Of a stretch of 64,000 bases of DNA, positions 45,886 to 55,707 are shown piece after piece. This stretch comes from Bryobacteraceae bacterium (lineage in GTDB: Bacteria; Acidobacteriota; Terriglobia; Bryobacterales; Bryobacteraceae): positions 5,075,281 through 5,139,280 of the forward strand of contig OZ244565.1 in the NCBI GenBank assembly GCA_965217745.1. The letters run 5' to 3'. Under the pieces are notes generated by a model. The model saw only the letters and a program-made list of their open reading frames with translations. It searched no databases and was not told the origin of the DNA. A program made the translations under genes and the position numbers. Position 1 is the stretch's first letter. Every line of letters starts with the position of its first letter.

Positions 45886-45977
45886 CCGCATGACCGCCGC
45901 TGGTCGGTGTAGGTCTACAGAATAAAGGCCAGCTTAGGCGAGCGAAGGTCCGCCTCGTAGATCAGTATTACCCCTGT

Positions 45978-48053
45978 CTATTCAGGAAACTTCATCTTTT
46001 GCAGGAGACGCCGGAAGCGTGGCTCGGAGCGTATGGGCTTGTATCCGGGTTCCACAGCAAGAAGCGTTATATCCATATCGCGATTCTGCAAGCCTGTGGC
46101 AAGCCATTGAAATGCCTCCTCGCGCTTTCCCAGTGCTATGCAGATGAGAGCAAAAGCAGGAGCGGATTGCTCCCTGGCAGGTAGCAGTTCCATTTGTCTC
46201 AGTATCGCCTCGGCCTGCTCTTGCTTGCCTGTAGCCGCATAGACTTCTGCGAGGCGCGGCATAAACCAAGAAGTATTCTTGCTGGGATCAAGGTTGGAGA
46301 TCTCAACGGCGCGCTGGAGCTCTGCCAATGCTGCCTGAGATTGCTTCTGGTGAAGATATACCAACCCTAGCCATACGTGCGTGCCGATCGATGTATCATT
46401 CAATTCGAGTGTCTTGCGGAACGCGTCAATGGCTTCGTTCAAGCGACCGGCCAAATAGTAGGCGATTCCACCTTGCAAGCCGACCGAGGGCGAAAGCGGA
46501 TCGAGCTGTATGGCTTTTTGTGTTTCTGAGATGGCCTCATCGTGCCGCTTGAGAATGGAAAGTAGTGAACTAAGCAGATAATGGGCGCTTGCATTATTCG
46601 GCTCCAGGAGTAACGCTTGCCTATACTCTTTTTCCGCGCCAGCCCAATCCCAATCCTGCCCTGCTTTGCGCTGCCCCAAGACAACGTGGGGCTGCGACAA
46701 CGAGCTGTCTAGCTCTAAACTTTTCAAAGCAGCATCCGAACCCAGACTGTAGGATTCACGCTGAGAAATGAACCCAAACTTACCTAATTTTAAGTAAGCA
46801 TCGGCCAAACCCGAATATGCGAATGCATAGTTGGGTTGCTTCCTGACGGCCTGCTTAAAGTAAGCCAAGCTTCTTTTGACAGCATCGGGCGTTCCTTGAT
46901 TCCACAGATAGCGGCCCTTTGTATATGCTTCGTAAGCTTCGAGTGAAATGGAAATTTGCTTCAGCTCGGGATGCAGAGACTCCACAGCAAGAGTGCTTTT
47001 AATCTGGGCTGCGATCTCCCGGCTTACCTCGTCTTGCAGCCGGATGACGTCCTGATAATCGCGTTCGAAGCTGTTCGCCCATAAATGTTGATCGCGAGGC
47101 GCATTCAGTAGCTGAACGGTGATCCGAATTTTATTTTCTGAGCGTAGTACCGATCCCTCGATAATGCCATCGACATTTAATTCCTTCGCGATCTCGGGCA
47201 GCGTTCGAGAAGTATTTTTGTAACGCATGACGGACGTTCGCGAAATCACGCGCAACAAACTGTCCTGAGCCAATTGGGTGGTCAATGCTTCCGTCATGCC
47301 ATCTGCAAAATATTCCTGGGAAGGATCGTTCGAGAGGTTCTGAAGAGGCATAATCGCCAATGACCTTATAGGAAAGTCTTGCGAACGATTGTGCTTAAGC
47401 GAGCGGACCCACAAAAAAACGGCGGTAGCGATGAGGATAAAGGCGAGTGACCCGAGGAGCCATTGGGTCGATTTCCCCGCGAGCCCTGCCTTGAAAGGCG
47501 GATTGAGCTGTCCTGTTCCGGTGTTTGTAGCGCAGGGCACTGTGTCGACCGATTCAGGTTCTGAAAGCGGCTGGAGATTATCCGTTACGGTCGCAGGGAC
47601 AGAGTTCACCGTCAGTTCGGCTGCAGATTTTTCTCCAGTAGCCTGCCTGCCAAAGTCACCCGGAACCTCCCACACCTCGACTGGTGCGATGGAGCGATTA
47701 CCTTTGGCGTGCGCTATCTGCTCGACAGGAGCAATGAAACTATAACCTTGCCGGGGAATTGTCTTGATGTAACGCGGGGATTCAGGATTGTCCGGCAGCA
47801 CGGACCGAATCTGCCGGATGCAACGGTTAACGCCTAAATCGTAATCAACGATAATCGCATTCCCCCAGACTGCTTGCTGGATTTGCTCTCTCCTGACGAT
47901 CTCGCCGGGATTGCTAACCAGCAAAAGAAGCAGGCGAGCGGGTTGTGGCTGCAACTTGAGCAATGTTCCAGACTTTCTGAGTTCTCCTAAAGTTGGGGAA
48001 AACTCGAACGGGCCAAAGCGGAACACGGCAGTAGGAGATTGTTGCACCGTCAA
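45978..48053 (-). CDS. CadC-like membrane-bound transcriptional regulator (OmpR/PhoB-type winged helix, TM, TolB_N-like module, TPR repeats)
   Basis: 691 aa. FRFGPFEFSPTLGELRKSGTLLKLQPQPARLLLLLVSNPGEIVRREQIQQAVWG..YIKTIPRQGYSF matches Trans_reg_C. The TM is LLGSLAFILIATAVFLWV. IMPLQNLSNDPSQEYFADGMTEALTTQL follows, then multiple TPRs. Confidence 0.8.
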   Translation of the reverse strand: MTVQQSPTAVFRFGPFEFSPTLGELRKSGTLLKLQPQPARLLLLLVSNPGEIVRREQIQQAVWGNAIIVDYDLGVNRCIRQIRSVLPDNPESPRYIKTIPRQGYSFIAPVEQIAHAKGNRSIAPVEVWEVPGDFGRQATGEKSAAELTVNSVPATVTDNLQPLSEPESVDTVPCATNTGTGQLNPPFKAGLAGKSTQWLLGSLAFILIATAVFLWVRSLKHNRSQDFPIRSLAIMPLQNLSNDPSQEYFADGMTEALTTQLAQDSLLRVISRTSVMRYKNTSRTLPEIAKELNVDGIIEGSVLRSENKIRITVQLLNAPRDQHLWANSFERDYQDVIRLQDEVSREIAAQIKSTLAVESLHPELKQISISLEAYEAYTKGRYLWNQGTPDAVKRSLAYFKQAVRKQPNYAFAYSGLADAYLKLGKFGFISQRESYSLGSDAALKSLELDSSLSQPHVVLGQRKAGQDWDWAGAEKEYRQALLLEPNNASAHYLLSSLLSILKRHDEAISETQKAIQLDPLSPSVGLQGGIAYYLAGRLNEAIDAFRKTLELNDTSIGTHVWLGLVYLHQKQSQAALAELQRAVEISNLDPSKNTSWFMPRLAEVYAATGKQEQAEAILRQMELLPAREQSAPAFALICIALGKREEAFQWLATGLQNRDMDITLLAVEPGYKPIRSEPRFRRLLQKMKFPE

Positions 48054-48455
48054 CTACCTAGCTGAGCTGACCGTCGACGGAGAGGAACGGAGAACATGAG
48101 AAGCTTCTCCGTATTATATTTCGCTTTGCGTGATTAGAGGAAACCTGCTTACGGCCTGTTTTGGTGCGGTAAATTCCATCATCTTCAAACCTCCTACCCT
48201 GATATGACGCGAACGGGCTGGCATAACACGTTTGGTTTTAATCACTTAGAAGAGCATACGAAAAGCAGAAAACATCACGCATTCGCCATGGCTATAGAAG
48301 ATCCATTGCGTTAAGAATGGAGCTCAACTGAATGTCACGGGACGATACCGGGAAGTTCAGGATTCTGTTGTCACTGAAAGCGCCACTTATTTAGCTCCGA
48401 TCTCCTAAACCGGCAGGGCTGAGGCATCTGTCAAAACTGAAAGAAATCTGTAAAC

Positions 48456-51400
48456 ATGTTTAAGAACTTAAAGTCGTTCCAACTATCCGTATCCAGTTCG
48501 ATTCGATCCAATGGCAGAATAGGATTCGTCCTTTCCTTAAGTGCAAGATTGGCGCTAGTCGGATGTTTCTTATCCATTGGACTTTCATCTCGTCTAGTCC
48601 GGGCGGATTCCATTGTTCTCTCCGATAATCTCGCCGCGCCTACGGCGTATACGGAAACCGTGCAGGGTCAAACCTGGGTCGGTGCGCCGTTCCGAAGTGA
48701 CGGGGCCGCGACACTGGCGAGCGTAACTCTTCTGCTCGCCAACTCCGTATCCGGAACTGCCGAACTTGGCCTTTACCAGGGAACGACACAACCGGCAACG
48801 TTGATTGGCCGCCTTACATCGCCGACCTCCTACTCTGCGCAGCTGTCATACACCCTCTTTACCGGTAATAATCTCGCGCTTACGGGAGCGACCCCGTATT
48901 GGCTGGTGCTTTATCCCGTTAGCGGCCAATTCGCTTGGGCTTTTACCGATAGCAACACCGGCTCTGGCGTTGGCTTCATACCCAGTTGGGGCGTGACGGA
49001 CGACGCCGGTTTGACTTGGTTTACGCAAGCAAGCGAACCGATGAAAATGAGAGTGGAGGTCGATGCAGCGCAGGCTGTTCCCGAACCTGCCAGTGTTGCG
49101 TTGTTGCTTGCCGGTATGGCCTTAGCGGCGAGTGTTGCAGCCGCTGGCAGATTTCGGAGGAAACGCGCGCCTTACGAGCGCTATCTGCTGATGTTCGGGG
49201 GCGCGTTCACGCTCCTTCTTTTGGGAGTAGGCACAGCGGAGGCCGCACCCTCTCCTGTTTCGGTCGTTTCCCCTGCCTATGGCGAGAGCGTCAAGACACC
49301 CTCTGCCGTGTCTGTAACAGTTCAAATCGACCCGGCGATGGTAGGAATGCCGCTACAAGTAACCCTGAACGGGATGGACGTCAGTGCTCAATTCAAGCGG
49401 AGTGGACACTGCGGAGCGCAAGGATGCCCCTATCACGGAACCCTTATAGAGCTCGACGGTCTACGGACCGACATGAATCGGCTGAGGGTCGGATTAAACG
49501 ATGCAACCGGAGTTCTGAAGCCTTGGCGAACGGTTTTTGCATGGGCGCCAAGCGGTCAATTGGGGAGCGAGTTATACCCCTACAACTCACCTGCTATCGG
49601 CTTCACCACGGCCACACCGGGCGGCGACTATCCCTGGATCAGCATATTCAATAATGCAGGTTCCGGAACCACAACCACTTATCCTAGCTCTAAAACGGAA
49701 GCCTGCACGACCGCCTACCAGGTGCTTGCGCTTAAGCGCCAGACTCTGGAGTTCTCGAGCTACAACTGCTACAACACCGACGCAGATCTAACTGCTGCTT
49801 TGAAGAAGTTGCCGGGCCAGATCGTGATCGCCGGCACGTCTTATTCAAAGAACGCTCTACCTAATCTTGATACAACCCCTATTGGAGGGACTAACTATGC
49901 AAACACAGCGGCAGCCGACTATCCATACGGCTATATCGTCGTGGGCGTTCAGGGTGCGCCTCCGGGACAAGCCTACGAGAACGCCAGCACTTTGGAGTCA
50001 GGACATAACGACCCTTCTAACTTCGCCCGGGCCAACGGAGTTCTGACAATAAATCCGAATAACATGTACGATTTCCACTCGTCAGACTATGTAGAGTTTT
50101 CGGTGCGCCCGAGCGATTCAACAATACCCACCAAGTCTGCCTCGATTAGCACCGGGGAAATCAAGTACACACCGCCCACAGGCATGAACGGCTTCTGGTT
50201 GCTGCTTCTGGATCGGCGTAACCTTTACAGCCAAACGCCCTGTAATAACCCTACGAATCCTCTTCTGTATGAGAATTGTGGAACCTTCTACAACACCGGT
50301 AACATTGATCTTTCCATTGCAATAACCGAACAAATTAAGCTTGCCGAGGCGCTGAGCGGCGCTGGAAAAAGCCAACTTATCTTCTTGCTTTCTGTGGGCA
50401 CTCCCATAATCAGCCTCGGGGACGCAATCGTATATTCACCTCTCGCATCCGCGATCGATAATCTTGGCGCCTCCGGCTACACCCTGGGACGGGTGCCTAG
50501 CATCAGCTCTCCCATCTACACCCTGGTATCCAGCAACGACACCGGATTTCAAAAAACCTTCACGGATTCCGCTGTCGTGTCCAACAACGTTGATCAAATC
50601 CCGGGACTAAGCGGCAATCAGCAAACCGGCTTTGTTCACGGAGTGATGGGGCGTGACAACCACGGACTGTTCCGGCCGGTGGCGTCATCACAGGAGTCGC
50701 AGACCACGATCGACACACCCGACATGCGAGATTTCAGCGGCTATTCGCTCTTCTGGGCGCCGCCTGTAACTTGGCCCTACATGGACACCCAGGGTAGCGT
50801 TGAAGCTTACAGGTATCTCAGCTACCAGCTCGTCACGGAAAGCATCGGCAATGCGCAGGGAAATTATCTTGACGACGTCCGGTTCTACTACTCCGGCAGT
50901 CTACTTGACGCTGTGCTGCACGGAAATCCGGGAACGGTTCCTTGCCCTAGTGATGGCAATACGTTAGCTTTTACCAATCCGCTGGATAGCAATAAAATTT
51001 ATACCATCAACCATGAAGCCTGCACTGCCGTCCAGAGCCAACTTACGAAGGAGTTTAAAGATTTAAACTCATCCGTGTCCTTCTTCGATGGAGCTTCGAC
51101 CGGCGGTGGCATACGGGGTGCATTCTTTGCGGCTAGTTCAGGAATTCTTGCCAATATGTTTAGTGCAGTCTCAGCCGTCAGCAACAGTACCGCTATTGCC
51201 GGTGCGGCGGAAGCCAAAGCGGACGCGAATACTGCCAAGTGGGTGAAACTGACAGGCAGTGTTATCTCTGCAGCTGGTGAGGCGGATCCGGTAGCAAGCG
51301 TCATGAGTGGTATTTTAAGTACCGTTGCCAGCAGCATCACTCCACCCGGCGTCAACGGCGCGAATTTGGCGAGTGCCTTCGCTCAGTATGAGTCAACCGT

Positions 51401-52004
51401 AAGCAACATCTACACACAAGAAAATCAATTCGTAACGAGTCTCAGCACCGGCTTTGACATAGTGATCGACAATAGCTATAGCGACTGGGGCAAGCTGAGC
51501 GCACTTAGCGCAAAAACGGGCAATACTAACTCGGGCGGCTGGTATTTCCCCAACAATACAGATCTGGTCACAGTCACCGGCAATATCGCTAATAGTACTA
51601 AACGCTATTTCTACCTGCAGTCACTCGTGGCGGCCTACTCAGTCGATTACTGGCCACAGCTTAGCGTCCAATTGCCCAGTCAAATTGGCGCCAAGGTGTA
51701 CCGTAACTCTCCGATCTTGAGTTGTGAAACAGTTTATACAAACCTACCTAAATACTCCTGGTTTTCCTATCCGACTCCGGGCAATACGGGTCATAATGAC
51801 ATCTTCATCATGGGTGGTACGATTCACAGCAACCAGACAAGCTTCGCGAGGGAAGACTTCCCGAGTAAAGACCTACTAACGACTTTGTTTGAAGGACCGC
51901 TGTTTCTGCAGCAAGACTTATTCTTCGCCCTCCACGGCCCATTGCCGCGCCGGAACGGCGCCCTACCGGCTCTCCCGCCCGTGTGCAACGCAAATGCTAA
52001 ATAG
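48456..52004 (+). CDS. Continuous 1182-aa ORF: a 245-aa signal-peptide/PEP-CTERM module joined in frame to a 937-aa secreted protein of unknown function (alternative start ATG 49191)
   Basis: Residues 1-50 are signal-like. Residues 208-237, VPEPASVALLLAGMALAASVAAAGRFRRKR, form a complete PEP-CTERM signal. Residues 246-263, MFGGAFTLLLLGVGTAEA, look like a second signal peptide. I recognise no domain in the remaining residues. Confidence 0.7.
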   Translation: MFKNLKSFQLSVSSSIRSNGRIGFVLSLSARLALVGCFLSIGLSSRLVRADSIVLSDNLAAPTAYTETVQGQTWVGAPFRSDGAATLASVTLLLANSVSGTAELGLYQGTTQPATLIGRLTSPTSYSAQLSYTLFTGNNLALTGATPYWLVLYPVSGQFAWAFTDSNTGSGVGFIPSWGVTDDAGLTWFTQASEPMKMRVEVDAAQAVPEPASVALLLAGMALAASVAAAGRFRRKRAPYERYLLMFGGAFTLLLLGVGTAEAAPSPVSVVSPAYGESVKTPSAVSVTVQIDPAMVGMPLQVTLNGMDVSAQFKRSGHCGAQGCPYHGTLIELDGLRTDMNRLRVGLNDATGVLKPWRTVFAWAPSGQLGSELYPYNSPAIGFTTATPGGDYPWISIFNNAGSGTTTTYPSSKTEACTTAYQVLALKRQTLEFSSYNCYNTDADLTAALKKLPGQIVIAGTSYSKNALPNLDTTPIGGTNYANTAAADYPYGYIVVGVQGAPPGQAYENASTLESGHNDPSNFARANGVLTINPNNMYDFHSSDYVEFSVRPSDSTIPTKSASISTGEIKYTPPTGMNGFWLLLLDRRNLYSQTPCNNPTNPLLYENCGTFYNTGNIDLSIAITEQIKLAEALSGAGKSQLIFLLSVGTPIISLGDAIVYSPLASAIDNLGASGYTLGRVPSISSPIYTLVSSNDTGFQKTFTDSAVVSNNVDQIPGLSGNQQTGFVHGVMGRDNHGLFRPVASSQESQTTIDTPDMRDFSGYSLFWAPPVTWPYMDTQGSVEAYRYLSYQLVTESIGNAQGNYLDDVRFYYSGSLLDAVLHGNPGTVPCPSDGNTLAFTNPLDSNKIYTINHEACTAVQSQLTKEFKDLNSSVSFFDGASTGGGIRGAFFAASSGILANMFSAVSAVSNSTAIAGAAEAKADANTAKWVKLTGSVISAAGEADPVASVMSGILSTVASSITPPGVNGANLASAFAQYESTVSNIYTQENQFVTSLSTGFDIVIDNSYSDWGKLSALSAKTGNTNSGGWYFPNNTDLVTVTGNIANSTKRYFYLQSLVAAYSVDYWPQLSVQLPSQIGAKVYRNSPILSCETVYTNLPKYSWFSYPTPGNTGHNDIFIMGGTIHSNQTSFAREDFPSKDLLTTLFEGPLFLQQDLFFALHGPLPRRNGALPALPPVCNANAK

Positions 52005-52404
52005 AAACGGAGCAGGCTGTTCTTCGTCCGAACACACGTCACCACTGGGGCAGCCCATCTGGCAAGATTGATACCCGAAAGCTGCTCGCAAGATTTCCAG
52101 GAAAATGGCAGGATCGCACGCACCTTCCGCGTGGGTTTGCTTGCAACGTTTTGGAGGGTAAGTTCATTAAGATAAAAAGCCCTGCAAAACAGCGCAGCTA
52201 ACCCCTTTTAAGAGCGTTCACATCCAGTTGTGACAATCCTGGCAGGCTGCACCGGCACCAGTCACACCGGTCCAAAGTTCCTCCACAACCAAGCGTCGTT
52301 CTTGCTTAGACTGTCGGACGCGTTTCGCGACCGACTCATTGAACATTGCTCTCTTGAGCATCGCGAAAAGGACCGTACTCCAGCAAGACGTCGTTTACCG
52401 ACGC

Positions 52405-55400
52405 TTACGGTTGCTGCTTGTGATAGTTCGGGTAGGGCGGCTTGCGGTATTTCGGCAGCGGGTGCTGTTTCAATTCCTCCAGCACTATGTTCACCGCTTT
52501 TTCAAGCTGCGGATCGTGGCCTGCCCGGACCATTGCCGGGTCTAAGTCGACCTCCACATCGGGCGGCACACCGTGATTCTCCACGTCCCACTCGGCCGTC
52601 AAATTATAGAAAGCCAGATTGGGAGCGGTAATGGTTCCGCCGTCGATCAGCGCGGGAAAGCCAAAGATGCCGACTAGCCCTCCCCAGGTACGTTTGCCAA
52701 CCAATTTGCCGACCTGCCGCTGGCGGAACAGCCACGGCATGGCATCACCGCCTGAGCCGGCGTACTCGTTAATCACCATGGCCTTTGGACCGAAGATCTG
52801 ATTCTGAGGCGTGGGGAAGTCGTCGCCATAACGGGTAGAGAAGAAGTTCGTGAGCGGCCGCTTCAAATAGTCGATGATGTAATCGGCGATATCGCCGCCG
52901 CTGTTGAAGCGCTCATCAATAACAGCGCCTTCTTTGCCGATTTGCGCAAAGTAATAGCGATTGAAGTTGGTGTATCCTCCGCCTGCGGTGTTCGGAAGAT
53001 AGACATAGGCGAGCCTTCCGTTGCTCATTTTGTCAACCAGCTTGCGGTTGTTGTCCATCCAGGCCCGATTGCGCAGATTGCCTTCATCCGCGATAGGAAC
53101 GACGGTTACCTGGCGCGCATTGTTGCCGGAAGGGTCGCTGCCCACGCGAAGCACCACGCTTTTCCCTGCGGTCGCTTCGAAAAACGAGAAGATATTGTCG
53201 CTGTCGCGCAGCTCGCGGCCGTTCACGGAAAACAGATAATCGCCGGCATGGACGTTGACGCCCGGCGCAGTGAGTGGCGCTTTCAATTCAGGATTCCAGT
53301 TCTCGCCATAGTAGACACGGGAGACCTGGTAGCGGCCGTTCTCAATTTTGTAATCCGCTCCCAGCAGCCCGCCGGGCACCTTCTTCACATCGGGCATCGC
53401 GCCGCCGCGCACGAAGAGGTGGCCTACGCTCAACTCTCCCAGCATCTCGTCAAAAAGATAATTGAGGTCGTCGCGATTGCTGATGGAGTCTAGATACGGC
53501 CGGTACTTTGCAGCGGCAGCATTCAGATTCAAGCCATGTTCGCCGGGATCGTAGAAGAAGTCGCGTTCGATGCGCCACACCTCGTTGTACATCTGCTGCC
53601 ATTCGGCACGTGGATCGATGCGGGCCTCCATCAACTCGGTCTTCAAAACACCGTCACCGGGCTTTACAACGGCGGTGGCGGAAGTGATGGCCCATTTCCC
53701 GTTCTGTTTCAACAGCAACTTTTCGCCATCGGATGAGAGATCGAAATCGGTGACGCGGTCGGCCATCTTCTCTTCCTTGCGCGATTTCAGATCGAACTTG
53801 TGCAGCGTCATGGTGGGCCGGTCCCGGAAGGCGTCCTCTCCTTCGGAAGTATCAGCAAGGTAGAGCAGACCAGGTTTGCCTGCCGCTAGACCGGTGTAAG
53901 TGCGCGCGGACATAGGTAAGGCGAGAATGCGCTGACTGATATCGTCGAAGTCCACGCGGACAGGTGGCGGAGTCTTGGCGCTCGCTTCGGCCTTCTTGGC
54001 CGGTTCGTCTGGCTTGGCGGCAACGCCCTCTTCTTCATCGCTCTCGGGCGCGAGCGGAGACGCATCGGCCTTACTCAGAACAACAATATAGGGGCCGCTG
54101 GTAGTGCGGCGGCCAATGCTCGACATATCTAGCCACGCGGTTGAAAGCCCCCGGTCGGTGCTGGCGGTGAAGTAGAGGTACTTGCCATCGCGATCCCACT
54201 GCGCGTATTTCGCATCGCTGAGCCCGTCTGTAATTTGTTTCGCTGCGCCGCTGTCGAGCGAGTAAAGAAACACGGCGCGCAGGTGGTTCTTGAGGATTTT
54301 GTTATAGGCGATCCACTTGCTGTCGGGAGACCAGGTGGGACTCAGTTCGCGAAACGGCGTTTGATAGGTATCGGTATCAATTTTCACCGGCGCTTTTTTC
54401 TCGAGATCTATGTACCAGACGTTCAGCCGGTTATCCGTATAGGCAATCTTCTTGCTATCGGGCGACCAAACCGGCTGGTAGAAGAATGCCGGCTTCTCGC
54501 CTAACCCGATTTCAACTGGCGGAGTGAGGCCATTTTGCGCGCTTAAGTAGAGCTTGTATTCTCCCGTCCGGTCGGAAAAGTAGGCGATCTGCTTACCGTC
54601 GGGCGACCAGGCCGGATCCCGGTCCGCTGCGCCCGAAGACGCGGTTAGATTTCGAATGTCGCCTTTCTTTCCGGGAACAGTGAAGATATCGCCGCGAGCT
54701 TCGAAGACGGCGCGCGCACCGGTTGGGGAGATGCGGCCTTCCGCGATCCGGCCCTCGACTTTTGTGAACTCGGGACGCACGTCAAGCAGATCAGCGCTAA
54801 GGTGCACATCCACCCGGTGCGATTTGTTCGATGCGGTGTCGAAGAGATAGATCGCGCCGAACTGTTCGTAAGCGATGACGCCGCCAAACGCGCTGGCGTA
54901 CTTGAGATCGAGACCGCGATTGGGCAGGCGTTCACGAACCTTGCCGTTGGATGGATCGAAGCTGAACAGGGTTACCGGACCGCTTCGATCGGAAAGAAAG
55001 AAGATTTCTTTTCCCAACCACAGCGGATTGATGTCGTTCGAATTTTCGCGCGGAATTTTCTGTACTTTGGAATCAGAAAGAGAAGCGATCCAAATGGGCG
55101 TGGTCCGGCCGCCGCGATAGCGCTTCCAGATCTCGAATGCCGGAGTGATCGGCATGTATGCCAGATGCGCGCCATCGTTAGCGTAAGAGCCGGTGAATCC
55201 GGAGGGAAGAGGAAGGCTCTCGGGCAAGCCGCCGTCCATCGGTACCGAAAACAATTTCGGGAAACGGGAGTAGCTTTCCGCAGTGGACCGGAACAGGATG
55301 TTGTGGCCGTCCGGAGAAAACGCGACCGGGGTTTCCGCTGCCGGATGATAAGTGATGCGTTTGGGTACTCCGCCATCCACGTTCACGGTGTAAACATCGG

Positions 55401-55656
55401 TATTGCCTTCGTATTCACCGCTGAAGGCGACACTTGTTCCGTCCGGCGAGAAGATGGCGTCGCTTTCCTGCCCTCTTCCGGTAGTCAGGCGGATTGCCTC
55501 GCCGCCTTCGCGGCCGACTGACCAGAGGTCTCCTGCATACGTGAACACGATTTTGTTTTTGCCGAGCGCCGGGTGGCGCAGCAGCATTTGTCCGTTCCCG
55601 GCAGCAGCGCCGATGGTGGACAGCGACAGAAGCAGGGGTAGCAGGATGGTTCTCAT
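52405..55656 (-). CDS. Tricorn protease homolog (S41-family peptidase with beta-propellers and PDZ)
   Basis: LRHPALGKNKIVFTYAGDLWSV.. is followed by repeated TolB-like blades (PDG..IAF/AY..SDRTG). A PDZ-like region precedes the S41 core (..VINEYAGSGGDAMP..GKRTWGG). I start it at MRTILLPLLLSLS (signal peptide). The longer ORF start at 55785 would overlap the divergent neighbour. Confidence 0.85.
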   Translation of the reverse strand: MRTILLPLLLSLSTIGAAAGNGQMLLRHPALGKNKIVFTYAGDLWSVGREGGEAIRLTTGRGQESDAIFSPDGTSVAFSGEYEGNTDVYTVNVDGGVPKRITYHPAAETPVAFSPDGHNILFRSTAESYSRFPKLFSVPMDGGLPESLPLPSGFTGSYANDGAHLAYMPITPAFEIWKRYRGGRTTPIWIASLSDSKVQKIPRENSNDINPLWLGKEIFFLSDRSGPVTLFSFDPSNGKVRERLPNRGLDLKYASAFGGVIAYEQFGAIYLFDTASNKSHRVDVHLSADLLDVRPEFTKVEGRIAEGRISPTGARAVFEARGDIFTVPGKKGDIRNLTASSGAADRDPAWSPDGKQIAYFSDRTGEYKLYLSAQNGLTPPVEIGLGEKPAFFYQPVWSPDSKKIAYTDNRLNVWYIDLEKKAPVKIDTDTYQTPFRELSPTWSPDSKWIAYNKILKNHLRAVFLYSLDSGAAKQITDGLSDAKYAQWDRDGKYLYFTASTDRGLSTAWLDMSSIGRRTTSGPYIVVLSKADASPLAPESDEEEGVAAKPDEPAKKAEASAKTPPPVRVDFDDISQRILALPMSARTYTGLAAGKPGLLYLADTSEGEDAFRDRPTMTLHKFDLKSRKEEKMADRVTDFDLSSDGEKLLLKQNGKWAITSATAVVKPGDGVLKTELMEARIDPRAEWQQMYNEVWRIERDFFYDPGEHGLNLNAAAAKYRPYLDSISNRDDLNYLFDEMLGELSVGHLFVRGGAMPDVKKVPGGLLGADYKIENGRYQVSRVYYGENWNPELKAPLTAPGVNVHAGDYLFSVNGRELRDSDNIFSFFEATAGKSVVLRVGSDPSGNNARQVTVVPIADEGNLRNRAWMDNNRKLVDKMSNGRLAYVYLPNTAGGGYTNFNRYYFAQIGKEGAVIDERFNSGGDIADYIIDYLKRPLTNFFSTRYGDDFPTPQNQIFGPKAMVINEYAGSGGDAMPWLFRQRQVGKLVGKRTWGGLVGIFGFPALIDGGTITAPNLAFYNLTAEWDVENHGVPPDVEVDLDPAMVRAGHDPQLEKAVNIVLEELKQHPLPKYRKPPYPNYHKQQP

Positions 55657-55707
55657 GGGGAATACCAGAGACTCCATGTTACAGACGCCTCGCGATATCT
55701 TGTTCAT

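Noticed and set aside
52218-52361. 47-codon minus-strand ORF just downstream of the tricorn gene, ending ..GAGAACQDCHNWM and so containing a CxxCH haem-c-like motif.
   Set aside because: It is too short. The motif is only four fixed residues at the very C terminus. I saw no signal peptide or ribosome-binding site. It is probably chance, or a relic of a cytochrome gene.
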